From: Dimargaris cristalligena | Lineage: Eukaryota | Length of the DNA: 64,000 nucleotides | Assembly (NCBI GenBank): GCA_003614675.1 | Contig: ML002220.1 | Location: 1-64,000 of the forward strand | Direction of reading: 5' to 3' | Part shown: one piece after another, positions 37,601 to 51,127 of the stretch | How the letters are laid out: each line of letters starts with the position of its first letter | Position numbering within the stretch: the stretch's first letter is position 1 | Notes under the pieces: model-generated | Told to the model about the DNA's origin: nothing | Seen by the model: the letters and a program-made list of their open reading frames with translations, nothing else | Databases searched by the model: none | Translations under genes and position numbers: made by a program

Positions 37601-40600
37601 CCCACAATCCGTCCACGAACCCAAGTCATTTCAATATCAGCGTGTAAATAATACCCCACCTCCCCTCCACCCTCCCTCGGCAAATGGAAAGACGGGCATC
37701 AGTCCGAATGAATTGCCACCATACCTCCGATACTAACCCCGCTTTCTGTTCACCAAACACTACTTACACCCCCTATATCTCGAGCAGTAAGAAACCGGTT
37801 CCGAACCGTTCTCGCCCTTTATGCACCCGTGGATGCCTATGGCGTATACATATCCACCTACCCACACACCAATACATATGAATCAAAGAAGCCCCTCTTC
37901 ACCCCCATTAACCGTGGTATATTCCAAGTGAATTACCTGGTTATGCTCTCAGCTGACCTCGGTAACAAAGACGACCAAGCCAACTCCGACTGAGTTGGCA
38001 AAGGAACTAAGGCAGGGAAGTATATATGTATGTCTGTGGGTGGGTGGATGCGGAGGCACCTTAAAAGGGTAGATTCAGATTCCGGGTACTTTACATGTCA
38101 AAATAAACAACGGGCCGTACCAGCTTGATCCCGATAATTCTACATGCCGCCCCTCTATCAGATTTAGATTGATTAAGCCGAATATCGGGCTTGTACAGCT
38201 AGCCACCCAAGAATGATGGAGGGAGGAGAGGGTATATAACCATTTATTACAAGGACTGAAACCGGGCCTAAAACTCAGAATGCTGCAATAGGTGCGTGGA
38301 TATAATCCTGGTTTCGAATTATTGGAGTTTACATTTAATACCGGCAGAGGCATGGGCAGGCTATCCTTTTCATCGCTAGCTGCGAGGGGCTTCTCCTTCT
38401 TCTTTCTCTCTTCTTTCTGGCCAAGACTAGGCAGATTATAGTCGAATAAATTAACCGATATTGCTTGGATTAAAATTGGACCGCTTAAGTTAGCTATCGC
38501 TCCATATCTAATATACCTAGAAGTACCATTGCTGCTCGATAATACCCGTTTAGACTGACTCATGTGGCTTCGTCAGATAGTGGGTTAACGCAGCAACATG
38601 AGTCACTAGGCCAAATGGGGATGATGGGTGCCGGGCAAGCTAGAGTCCCCGATGAATCCATTCGCGGTATTTACTAACCCTAATTATGCTAGGCAATCCG
38701 GGCCGATTATAAGCTGGATGGTTAACCACCCTATCTGAAATCTACCCCCCCCCCCTCCACCTCTCTTTCCCCATTTATTTGGGTATTCTGAACCAGAGGT
38801 CGGGTCAACAATCAGATTGTCCATCGGGGGCCTACATTCCGGTGTATGGGTGACTCTATTGCTGTAAGTCACGGGCGAAATGTATGGGGCCACCTGGTCC
38901 TACTCCTTTCCTCTTTACTTAATCACCAGTATAGGGTTACTAGTCATATATACAGGATATATCGGAAATATCCCAGGGAACTTCGGTTACTCCCACCACT
39001 ACCACCACATCACCACCACCACTACTACCACTACTACCACTGCCGCTAATGCCGCGATTTTGGATGGTGCTTGCTATATCATCCATTTGAATGAGGTATC
39101 AAATAATTCATCGATAATAGGAGGAGGCTGGAAAATCATCCTGCAGCAGGGTCACATTGTGGGACATTGGCCCGGCCGCGTGATTGCATTTTTGGGCTTG
39201 ATTTTCGGGTTGACTAGGTGGTGTTTGGATTATGGTTGGTTGTCGTGTAAACTGTGACTTGTGTCCATTAGGTTTTTACAGGTGAGAATAAGGTTAGTTA
39301 GTGGTGGATAATGGGTAGGGGGTTTCAAGTCGACCCATATGGGGCTCATCTACGTCGGAAATCAAAGCTGGAGAGTCATATGATGATGTATCTTTTTTTC
39401 TTGATAAAAGGCATAAACCATATGAAAGATGGCGCGACGTGGGAGCGTCCTAAATATAATACCAATATTCCGCAATCCGTTACAATGGGAAACTGGTATA
39501 TATATATATATATATTCGACCGTATGTTTGGCAAAGGGTTGCTGTTTCAACATTTTTAGTCGCTTATATAGCAGTATGTCTAAAGGTATTCCCGGAAGAC
39601 AACAGGGTGGGTGGGTGGATTAGTCTCCCACCTGGCAATCGGGCCGACGGCTTATTGGCTAGACCGCTTGTGTAAAAGGGCACACTAGGAGGGACCTATC
39701 GTCTATGATCATACTTAATACTCGTTGATGCCATCTACTCGAGCGCCGGGGCCCTGCCGATGCGGACGATAGCGGATTGCCGACGATCCTACCGGTCCAG
39801 TGCGGCCCCATAGTCACCACCTCCTCCACCCCCCTGCGCCCATATCGAAGTGATAAGGAGTTGATGTGAGTAAGGGTCCCTCGTTAAGGGAGGGGGGAGG
39901 GTGGCAAGTGAGAGAGAGAGAGAGCCCACAGTTGTCGCCAAGTTTATCATCTAGAGCTTCTCTCATTCATTCTACTCCCGCTTTGTTCTAGACAATCCCC
40001 TATAATGGTCAACAAAGGCGAAGGGAACTCACTTGGCCGATATGGTTGAATCGCCCTGCCCCACACTCTCTCCTACGCCTACCAATTCCACCAGTCGGAC
40101 CATCGGTTCGTCATTGAAGTCGCGCTCCTCCTCCTCCTCATTGTATCCCAGTTCATTCTTTCCATCCCCCTACACCTCATTTTTCCTTACCCCATCCTTC
40201 ACTTTTTATATATTACATTTAGAGATGGGATGTTCCTCTTCACTGTTGATGGTCACAGTGCGTGGTTCATGCAAAACTCCGTATGATTGTCTATTTCTCT
40301 CATTCGAAGTTCATTTGAGTAGGTGAATCCAATTCATTAGGATTAATTGGGGGTAATTGGTGGTAGAGTAGAAGGTAGCCAGCCACCTACGTAAATTTAT
40401 ACATGTTACTAATGGGAAGGACGGTGACGAAATACGCACAAAGAAAAATCAACAGAACAGAAATCCTAAGGAGAGAGCGGGATAAGTGAAAAAGAAGGCC
40501 ATGCTATAAGGAACGAGGGTCGTCAGTTTAAGCGTCCCGCGCACTTTCCAGCCAAACGGGGCGGAAAAGGCCCTTTGGAGTCGAAGATGGCTCTCGACAA

Positions 40601-43600
40601 TTTGTGCCTAATCTTGATTTAGTGGTAGTATCGCCGAATTCTGCATATTCCCTCCCCTCCCCCTATTTTTTTTTAGATTATATTTTTACGCCTCTGCAAA
40701 AAACACGCTATACAGAGAGGCCCGGTGGAATCTTCAGGCTCGCCTATAATTAGAAAGCGGCCGTATAATCCATTCGATCCAATATTGCCTTTATCTAACT
40801 GCCGGCTCATCTGTATACCACTCACTCACTCTTCGGCATCTGTGGTTTAGATTGGATTGCTGTGCCCGTGACTGTCAAATGTGAACTCAGTATACCTGTT
40901 ATTGGGCTGCGATAATAGGCGTATCATTCCTTGACCTTACGAGTGTCTTTGTCGTAGAGAGTATCCAGGCAAGTGAGTGGCCCAGCCATCCCCCGTAACT
41001 CACCATTCTTATCCAACCTCCCGCCCCTCCCATACACACATAGACATAGACGTAGACATGTATTCATATACACCTAAAAGAATTGGCCTAGTGTTCACCT
41101 GTGCAGTATAATTCGACCCATCAAGCTGGTCATACACAGCCTATATAACCCGATTCGGATCTTTCCATCGATCGCATCTCAATAGAATTAAAGAAAGCGG
41201 ATGGAAAGAGCGGAGAGGGGGGGTTGGAAGTAGCAGCAAGGTGACCCATTTCAATAATTACCCATCTAAGTTGGGATATCCGTACCAGTTAGTCGTCAGC
41301 GGAAAGAATAAATAAATAAAACATGCTAACCGTAAAACCCAGAAGGGGGTATATTGCGGGACCAGGAGGGTCACGCGGAGGTTCCCCTATCGAACACCCG
41401 CATCTAAGACCAACCGTGGATTTTGAGGACGCGGGAGGCGTGTTCTTATTGAGCTCAGGCGGGGGAGGAGAAGAAGAAGTTGCCTTGCGATATGTATATA
41501 CACCATTGTCCAGCGGGTTAACATGCCCCGTACATGCTTGATACCCCTTTATATTCGGCGGCGGGGGCTAGGCTATTCAGTGGATATAGGGGGATATGTC
41601 GGCCATTAGGGACACATGTTTTTTCTTACCTAAGCACCCCCGCATGCACGTAATTCGCTGGGGGGGGGCACAAAAAGGCGATAACTTATCCGAGAAAGCC
41701 CAATAGTAATAATCAAACGATAAACCCACTCACAAAGAGGTCGTCGAGGACCTAAGGGCTAAGAGCGTTTTTAGAACCATGGCCATCTACTACCATCCCC
41801 TTAGCGATTCCGAGGTCATAGGCTAAAGCATAAAACCACTTTGGTGGTTTTTAAAAAGAGGGTGGTAGAGGAGGGGGGCTGTATGGATAATTTGACTGGC
41901 ATTGCCAAGGATTTACACGGGGGCGACACAACCAAACCCACTCTAACCCTTATTATCCATACAGATCCTCTACCCCTTCACATACATACATACAACAACT
42001 CATCTATTGGATTATGAGTCTACCGCCAATAATTTCATTTTGATTAGACCCTATCATTCGGACCACTCCCCTCTCTCTCTCTCTTTCTTTCTCCTTCAGG
42101 GCCATATCAACCCGCCCTATAGATAGGGGCACCGGTCTGTATTCTGTGGCCGAGATGGAGACCCCCCCTTCTACCAATTCTCCATACACAGGCTACCAGA
42201 GTCATCGAGAGGGGGGGTTTTCCACCATTGCTTTAATATCTATTCGCCACTCACAACCAGCCCATGTGTTGCATTCGCCGCTTGTCTAGTGGCGGATGGC
42301 CCGAATGGTGGGTAAATCCAGGGCCTTGCCAGTGAACTCGGCTGTTGACCCTAGCTGGCCCCCAACGTCTATATACCCAAGGAGTATAGAATAAGGTGTA
42401 TGTGTGTGTGTGTGGTGGGGGGGGGGGTCGCCAGGGATGGTTAAATAAACTGTATGTATATCTTGACTATCGAGTGTACTAGGAGGGAAGGTGGTTAATC
42501 CTGAGTCTTTTTCCCAACCAGGCCCTTGGCACTGCACCGCACCCCCTTCCTCTCTCTCTCTCTCTTTTTAGCCTGGCTCATTTGGAATCATTATCTCAGA
42601 TGGCGGCTTATTCCAAGGGTGGTTGGGGTGGTAGGTAATTGGGTAATTGGGGAAAGGGGTGTGTAGACATGGGTGTAATATACGGTACCTAGTTGTGACT
42701 TGGGTAGCCCAGTCACTCTCAACTGTGTGTTATCCGGGGTGTGTGAGGGAGAGAGAGAGAGGGACGCAATGCATATTTTTGGTCACCAAAGTAGTGGCAG
42801 TATGTCACACAACCTACGATACATACATACCACTGACAAGCACCAGATCCCTCTTCACCTCCTCAAATAATAATAATTTAATATTTTCACGAATATAATT
42901 AAATATACGCCAATGTAACCTCCTCCCCTGCCCCCCCCCCGTGGTGAATATATAGAAGTAGCATGGTATACTTTATAGCCCTGAAATGACGCCAACGGTG
43001 TGTATATGTGTGTGCGCGTATAGCAGGTGGTTTCATGTATGGCTAACTGCGATGAACACCTACCATTCCCGAAGGATTGCTTCTTATTATGATTAGTAGG
43101 GTTTAGCATACTGCCCACCCACCTTCCTCCCTCCCTATGCCCACACCGAAGGCAGGACTGGTTCAATTTCATTTAGAGTATTGTAAAAAGAGAGAGAGAG
43201 CGAGAGCAGGGGAGTATTGACGGAGAAGGATGTGGAAGAGGGGGTGGGTAAACCCAACGGGTGAGGGGTATATATTTCAAATTCAAGATTGCCATTGGCC
43301 CCTGTTCTCCTCACTTCCTCCTCCCCCCTCTCTTTTACCCTGACGTTGCGCCATGGGGCCCAATTATTAGCATTCGAATGCATCCTCCTCCCTCTAGAAC
43401 ATATACTACTGGTCCAATCTACAACGTGTCGTAAGTATACCTGATTATCGCACCACACACGCTTCCCCAACCTTTCGGCCAACACAATTCAGGCCCATGT
43501 GCTGATTCGCAGACGCAGCTGAGTGGATATACGGGGCAATATGGTGGTCAGTACTATAAGCGGAGCTGGTCTTGGTGTAACGGATAGTTCTATTATCATT

Positions 43601-46338
43601 TTATTTATCTCATCCAATCTTCCGAGGAAAAGGGGATAGGTGCGGCTAACATCCTTCCTCCCTCCCTCCCCACCCCACCCCCTATTCCGCCTCCGCAGGC
43701 CACTGTTTTAACCAAAGCTGAGCCCTATGGGTGAGTGCAAGGAGAATCATATGTGGGGTTGGTATCATAGCATCTCTGCTCTACAGGGCCCTGCAACACC
43801 GTATGATCAGGCCATATTCCTAGTTGAATAGTAGATTCACGAACAGGGTGAGTGAAGTGCCCTTCTAAGGCGCAGCTCCTTTGCCTAATTCCTCATAACA
43901 AAATGGGGTAACAATCGTTCGGGCTATTAGTGGCTGTGCATAAGATGAGGAGGGAGGGGGGGGTTGAAGAGGTGCTCAGGTGGATCTTATGTAAAAAGTA
44001 CATGGTTGAATGAATTGAAAGGCACTCACTCGGACTGTTTAGAAGCTTCTCCTACTATTTTCCAGAGTCACTTGAAAATCTAGCCACTAAAACCTGAACT
44101 ATTGCTACACTATAATGACCGGATAATAGGGGGAAGTGGTGTAGTGAGTATACTAGTGTCTGCGGATGTATAACAACAATCACTGAGGGGAGAGCCTGGC
44201 GGATTTTTTATTTTATTTTACAGGGGCGCTTCTTAATAAATAGCTGAGCTTGTGGTGTATATTGAACAGCAAGAGGTAGGCGAATCATTTCCAATATGTC
44301 GTGGGTCTCTACTACTCCCTTCATCCACCTGATATTAGTGCTTCAATTGGAGACGAGAAGTCCCCCATGTCATAATGGAAATTGTCAACAGATCACCAAT
44401 GGAGCAGTCGTATTCAGGTCATAATGTAAATAATCAGCACGGCCAAGAGAAAGACGCTAAGTGGTTGGCCGAGTATGCATCTCTGGTGACCTTGTCCATT
44501 GCTATTTTAAAAAGACAGTCCCCAGTCCCTCTTCCTTCTCCACCTCACCCCCTGTGTAAGCCCTACTTTACTAAACTGATCCCCGGAATCCTAGAATAAC
44601 CTACTCTCATCCCCCCCATACATCGTTGGTGTGACCGGTCACTATATACCCTATTTGAAAAGGTTAGTCTGTCCACTTCTTCCGGATCTTGGTAACTATC
44701 ATACATACGTTTTCAGGGATGGGGGAGAGCCATATTAGGGGGGCTAAAGACAGGGGTGGATCATAGCAATGGACGAACGAGTAGCAACAACAGGCTAGAG
44801 TAAGTTTTGGAGTTGGACCTGCCCTTCTTCTACCTCTGCTAATAGCTGTAAGGTGGCCTACCCAAGAGCACAGGCCCTGTCCTAAATTAGGGATCGGTTA
44901 GCTTAACTGGAAGCGATAAATATGGTCTGATGAAAGGAGGGGGTGTGGAGGCATATGTGGGTCCCCTTTAAAGCCAGGCACAGCCAGGGTGGGAGAAATA
45001 GAGAGGTGGTGGCCATACGATTCGATGAAGCGAGTGAGATTTTGAAACGCACCCACCCAGTGGCATGTCCGTCTGTGAAGTGATAAATCCCTTTTATTAT
45101 AGAGGGGCTGGTCCAAAATGGGGGCAGAGGAGGGGGCCGGGAAAGATAGCGGGCGGATAGCCCGAGTTGGACGACCATATATTATTACCGCCTAGCAATT
45201 ACGATGATTACTAGGTCACTCCATTAGGCCCAAGGATAATCATTGCGTCTATTTAGGGTTGGCGTTGGTGTAACGGATTGCCTTCCGTCAAATTACAGAA
45301 CTTGCTCTCCTCCTCTTCCCGTATTTAGACCCCTTCTGCGACCCAAACTGGGCTAAACTTCGGTCCTACCATCGTTCCGAGTCTGCGCGTGTCGCTAACA
45401 TATCCCCTCCCAATGCTTCTAATTCCACCATTCATAAAACAAAGTGCCGATGAGATGGGCGAGACTGAAAGTTGGCAGGGGGGTTTGGAGGATGGCGTTT
45501 CAGATGTCTAGAAAGGGTCGAGAGGAAAAGTAAGACGGGTTCCCATGTACAGAGTGGCCAAACGGAACTTGATATCCAACTATAAGGGCCCCCAATTAGA
45601 ATTGCTCAATGTTGTGTCACACACCCTCCTCCCTCCCTATTCAAGAGCAGCTTTAATGGTGCCCCCTCCCCCAAGCGCGCTACCTCTTTGGCACCTGGGA
45701 CGGATTTCTAGGGGCAATGGTCCATTGATTTTGTATAATTGGTTAAGTTTTCCGTGCACCAAAAGTAGAGCCTTTTGAATATTGAAGCCACCCCTCAGGG
45801 TTGGCATAATAGGGACCCTAATGGTGCAGTATGTGGTAGGCGCGGGGTTGTGACTAGGCATGGTAACATTTTTATGAGCCTCAGTCATAGGGTCATTGAT
45901 ATGAGGGAGGCGGGTTTCTAACTACGACCAGGTTTATATGGAATAGTATCCTAGCATTTGGATAAAGACTACTCGTTCCAGTATACCCTAATGTGCATCC
46001 GTATCGAATTCGTGTATTCTGAAGAAACCCATGGTTAGTAAATAATGAGGTGGCTAGTTTCATCAATGGAAGTGGCTTAAAAATTGGTAAAGCGAGGCTT
46101 AAACAGGGTGCGATTTGTGTTCTCAGATACAATGCATCGCTGGTTTGTTTATTAAAGGGTGGTAAAATGCGCCTGCGTAGGAGGGATGTGGTTAGTTAGT
46201 TCCAAATTCGCGCTTGACTTTGGGGATGGTGCCATTTTGCAATACCGGAATTATGGTCAAAGCCTCACATGGATATAGTCACTGCGGTCGCCAAGATCTA
46301 CCTGATGTCGTCCTTCCCACCGTTTGTAATATCCATTT

Positions 46339-46474
46339 GGGAGAAGTTCATCCAAGCTGTATAACGAAAAATCTATTTGATAAGGCAGGTACTACTGGTT
46401 GAAAATAAACATCCCACCAATTTTCCCATACACATATCGGTTAAAACCTTATACAACCAAGCTGAACTTCACCC
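46339..46474 (-). mobile_element. 136-bp MITE copy, reverse orientation, ATTT TSD
   Basis: GGGAGAAGTTCATCCAAGCTGTATAACG...GCTGAACTTCACCC, flanked on both sides by ATTT (46335-46338, 46475-46478). Confidence 0.8.
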
Positions 46475-47975
46475 ATTTAAACAAGTCTGTAACGATTGGC
46501 GGCCTGTTAGTTGGAAGAAACCTCTATTCCATGCCATGTCCTTGCCTATGGCCTCTTTCGTTAGATAGTTGGTTAGATAGACTCGGTTTCATTAAAACGG
46601 ATGCATTTTCCGAACCCTTTCCATTGAGTATTATCTTTAGGTTTGGTTCTGGCGACTTATCAAAGTGTATTCTAAATTGAGACTGGCTTGTTACTCACGG
46701 AGTATAACTCGTAGGTAACTCTTAATTCGAAAATTATACTGCGCCCACTCAATTATCAAAGGTGTTCGACATTAACCATTCCAATTCCGACATCTCGGTT
46801 AAGATGATTGACACCACCCCGTGACTGAATTCCAGAGCCACTCCGGACGACCGAATGGCGCAAGGGGCGCCACCTTGGGCATACTCCGGAATACCAATTG
46901 GTATGTGAAACGGTCTGCCATGACTGAGACAGCCAAAAGCACCCTTAATTCATATCAAGGGTGCTTGTCAGAATAGATGTATTAGCATACCGTCGCGGTT
47001 GAGCCAAAGCAAAGGGATACTGTATATTTTTAAAAACGCGGTATACCATTTGGCCGTCCTAGAATGTCGTTATAGGGCCTTAAAATCCAACTTGAAAACT
47101 TGGTCGCGTAGATGGCCCCAAGCATATACATCAATTGAACCGTTGGTGAAGCCGAGCCGAATATCGGATGTGTAATATGGCCATGGTATTATCTTCATGG
47201 CGAATTTTCAGACTTGCTGGCAACATTGATGGCATCTGACCCCCCTGGCCCGCATTCCCCATGGTCGGATAAGCACATTAATACAATCGATAGATCCGGA
47301 CCGCTTCAGGTGGATTAGGCAAATTTAATAATAAATTACAGGGATTAATCATAGTATCTATCCTTAGCCCGGTTCGGTATCCCTACTTTGCCGCCAATAA
47401 TAATAATAATAATAATAATTGAGCTGGGTCTACTAAGCCGACCAAAAATGATGAAATACAAGCCGACTATTTTTTATATAGAGCCATCCGACCGGTTGGG
47501 TGTTCCGCTTACCTCATTTTGGTCATTCCTCGCGTGATCAGGCGTGACGCATCTATACATGAGGGTCGACCATCCGGTAGGGTTCGGTCGTAGAACGAGC
47601 CGGTCACCAAATTAATGATCACTTTGCCGGGTTTAGGCGACGGGTAGGGATGTATTCAGCTCCAAGATCTGCTGTGGAGCATGTGCCAGCCCAAATGGTA
47701 TATATGATAGCGTATTTACATGTGCCGCGCACAGGTACAGTCATACGGAAACGGATAGGGTCATTGCGGAGTGCAATCAATCAACATCGTCTATTAGAAT
47801 AGTCAGGTATTGATCTACTGGGACTATTCAACTGCATATACGTATATATATATTAAAAACCCCATATTCTCCCTTTCTGCTCTACAAGTCACACAATCGG
47901 CCCGGGAATTTTATTGTTAAATCATGTAATGTGACACGCCAGCCTCCCCCCTCCCTTTCCAGTGCATGATCCGGG

Positions 47976-49127
47976 TTATAGCAAGGTAGGCCAGTCCGGC
48001 AAATACCTCCGATCGACCAAGGGCCAGACCTTGTTAATGTTAAACAGTTCGATAAACTGTTGGTCCATGTGACGGGACTTGGGGTGGGAATACACGCGGT
48101 ACTCGTTAAAAATGGCGGTGTGGGACCAGTGTTGTAACCGCCGCAGACAGCCCACCAGACAACCCGTGCGGTGTTTACCCTTATTGCAATGAATCAAAAT
48201 CGGGTGGTTACGTCGGTCCAAGAGAACCGCCAAAGCGGCACAAATGGTATCCTGGGGAATATCAACGAAGGGTTCCTTATTACCCGCCACGCCGAATTGG
48301 TACAGTTGGATGCCGTGTTCGTCAAGGAATTTGACGTTTTGGATCGGGTAGTCTTCGAGAATAAGGGTCAGGATGCTTTTCAGGCCCAGTTTCAGAAGAA
48401 AGGGGAAATGCTTTTTGAGCGGGAAGGAACTGCGGTACACGAAGGGGGCCACCATGGCGAAATTGGCGGGCGGGATCAGGGTGGGTTGGTAAAGTAGGTC
48501 GGTAGTGGTAGCGGTGCTAACATGCCTGTCGCCGCTTTTATGATTGTTGTTGCTGTTGCTGTTGCTGCTATTGTTAGTAGTGGTCATAGTAGTAGCGGTG
48601 GAGTTGTGCGAAGAGTCGTGATATAGACCGTCGCCCAGGGAAATGACGGTCCGACCCATTGGTGGGAATAATGGCTCTGTTTGGTGGGGTAGAAGGTTGG
48701 GCAGGTAGAAGGGGATATCGGGGTGTAAGGTGCCCCCCATGGGTAAGGTGGCCTCGGAACGAGTGCTCGGCAAGGGGCCCGAGGAAGATGCCGCGGGAGT
48801 AGGAAGCGACGGACACTCGGTGGCCGTAGGGAGAGTGGTGACGGGGGCGGTGGGGTTGGAGTTGGCCGCTAGGGTGGGCGATTTAGTCTCGGGCGACCGC
48901 ATAGGCGACTTTGGGTGGTCGGTAGACCCCGGCGAAACTTCGGACGCATGGCCGGGTATATGCAGGCTATGTGGTGGACTCGCACGGGGGGATTCAACGG
49001 GCCCCTGGTTGTCGTTGTCGTCGTCTTGGAGGTGGCTATGGGGGAGGTCGGGGTTTGGACCAACTCTACTTGGTTCTGGTGGTGATTGTGACCGGGACCC
49101 GGTTTCGTCGGCGGATGGGACAGTCAT
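47976..49127 (-). CDS. SIW14: Siw14/PFA-DSP family atypical dual-specificity (inositol pyrophosphate) phosphatase, ~383 aa, long disordered N-terminus
   Basis: LIPPANFAMVAPFVYRSSFP, LKSILTLILEDYP, GNKEPF, catalytic HCNKGKHRTG, DQQFIELF; start taken at MTVPSAD (49127). Confidence 0.9.
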   Translation of the reverse strand: MTVPSADETGSRSQSPPEPSRVGPNPDLPHSHLQDDDNDNQGPVESPRASPPHSLHIPGHASEVSPGSTDHPKSPMRSPETKSPTLAANSNPTAPVTTLPTATECPSLPTPAASSSGPLPSTRSEATLPMGGTLHPDIPFYLPNLLPHQTEPLFPPMGRTVISLGDGLYHDSSHNSTATTMTTTNNSSNSNSNNNHKSGDRHVSTATTTDLLYQPTLIPPANFAMVAPFVYRSSFPLKKHFPFLLKLGLKSILTLILEDYPIQNVKFLDEHGIQLYQFGVAGNKEPFVDIPQDTICAALAVLLDRRNHPILIHCNKGKHRTGCLVGCLRRLQHWSHTAIFNEYRVYSHPKSRHMDQQFIELFNINKVWPLVDRRYLPDWPTLL

Positions 49128-50055
49128 GGAAGTACTAGGTATGAATAGGCCTGGGAAGTAGTGGGAGTAGGTCGGAGTAGGAGCACTTTGGTGCAATATA
49201 TATATATGTATATAGATATGGATATGAGGACACACAAAGTAGGATAGGTAGTGAAAGGAGAATGTTTTATGTCGCAAGTGAATAATATGCAGTTAAGTGG
49301 TATATGCTATAACGTAGAGACGAGTATGGGCCAGTATTGCAATGCAGTTGAAGTCCAGCAAAAAAAGCCAAAGAAAATTGACAGAGGAGGGTTGGTAAAT
49401 AATAGTACGGTTGTTTCTCATAGGGGGGTATGGTGGGAAGCAGTTAGTTGGTCTACATCGCTCTGCTGAAGAAGGCCCTCTCTCCTATTCCATTAGACTG
49501 CATCCCGTTTGGTACAAAGGCGTTGAGTAACTGTTGCTCGTTTGGTAGCCAATTATTTACAAAGAAAAGAATAGTAATACCAGTAGTAATAAGCGTGCAA
49601 TAGCAACGAGGGAAACAAAGAACCCGTTTTGGGTTGGGCTGTTTACACACCAAATACCAGGAAGGGCTAAAAGAATCCTCGAAAGGGGCTGAAGGAGGCT
49701 GCCGAAACGGCCATTTAGTAGAGGAAGAAGACTTCATGAGTCCAATTCAAGTCGCACACCAAAGCCGAGTCAAGCGAAATTCACTTACCAGTGTTGGCGA
49801 CGCACCCTTCCCTTCACAATATAGTAGTAACTCCACCCTTTATTTCTTAGTCTTCCATTTTCCTTTGCTATTATTACTATTTACGACAAAATCACCCATA
49901 ACTGCTACTACACCTTATTTCCCCCTATACATTTGTCGTGTTTTACATTCCCCTGGTTGTTCCCTTTCACACCACCACCATCCGAATCGGCATTTCCGGT
50001 TAGCCAATTGACATTCTCCCACTCGTTTTTTTCTTCCCTCGCCCAAGGAGCAGGC

Positions 50056-51127
50056 ATGTCCAAGGCGCAAGAACGCAATCAAGAAGCCTCGGTGTACATT
50101 GGCAACCTCGACGACCGCTGCACCGATGAGCTCGTTTGGGAACTTATGGTCCAGGCCGGACCCGTGGTCAATGTCCATCTTCCCAAAGACCGAGTGACCC
50201 AGCAGCACCAGGGGTACGGTTTCTGTGAATTCGTGTCCGAAGAGGATGCCGACTACGCCATCAAGATCATGAACATGATCAAGCTTTATAACAAGCCCAT
50301 TCGGGTCAATAAAGTACGTCATAGTTTCCCCGGCACGCGCCTGGCTGGGCGTAAACCCGATGACGCTCTATTTAATCGGCTGACCGTTTATATATATATA
50401 TACATATATATTTGCTAACAAACCCTTGGGGGAACCCCAGCACCTATACGATCTAGCCGAACTGGAGCATAGTACTAACCTGTCTTTAATATTCCGCGCC
50501 TATCTACTATACATACCCGGATATTATCACCCCGCCTCATCTACCTAGTCTTCGACCGAGAAGAAAAACATCGATGTAGGCGCCAATCTCTATGTAGGCA
50601 ATCTAGACCCCGACGTGGACGAAAAGCTACTCTACGACACCTTCAGCGCCTTTGGCCAAATCATCCAACCCCCCCGGGTCGCTCGCGATCCCGAAACCGG
50701 CCATTCCAAGGGCTTCGCTTTTATCAATTTCGACAATTTTGAAGCGGCCGACAATGCCATTGAGTCCATGAATGGGCAGTATTTGGCCAATAAGCCCATC
50801 AACGTGAATTTCGCTCTTAAGAAAGATGGCAAGGGCGAACGGCACGGGTCCGCGGCCGAACGTTTGTTGGCGGCCCAGGCGAAGAAACACCAAGCGGCGA
50901 TGCCGAATCGGTTATTCGCGGACGTGCAACCTTCCCCATCCCAACCGAATGGACAAGGTGGTGGTATGGTCCCTTCGGGAGGGGTTGCGCCCGGGTATGG
51001 AGGGGGGATGGTGCCTCCTCCCATGGCTTATCCGCCACCAGGTATGCCATCAATAGGCCATATGCCCCCTAATGGCGCTCCCTACTATGGTGGTGCTCCA
51101 CCACCCCAATGGGGGGGCTCCCATTAG
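50056..51127 (+). CDS. SF3B4: Splicing factor 3B subunit 4 (SAP49/Hsh49), two RRMs and a Pro/Gly tail, 278 aa; exons 50056-50313, 50549-51127
   Basis: [78 protein letters not shown]. Confidence 0.97.

Noticed and set aside
27000..46300. Dozens of 60-160 aa ORFs in the gene desert, including the duplicated ORF pairs
   Set aside because: Low-complexity translations of microsatellites and G/C runs, many with non-ATG starts, no recognisable domains
47040..47700. Possible minus-strand gene relic (GTAAGC donor near 47512, short protein-like frames)
   Set aside because: Frames are broken by stops and resemble no family I recognise; cannot be supported
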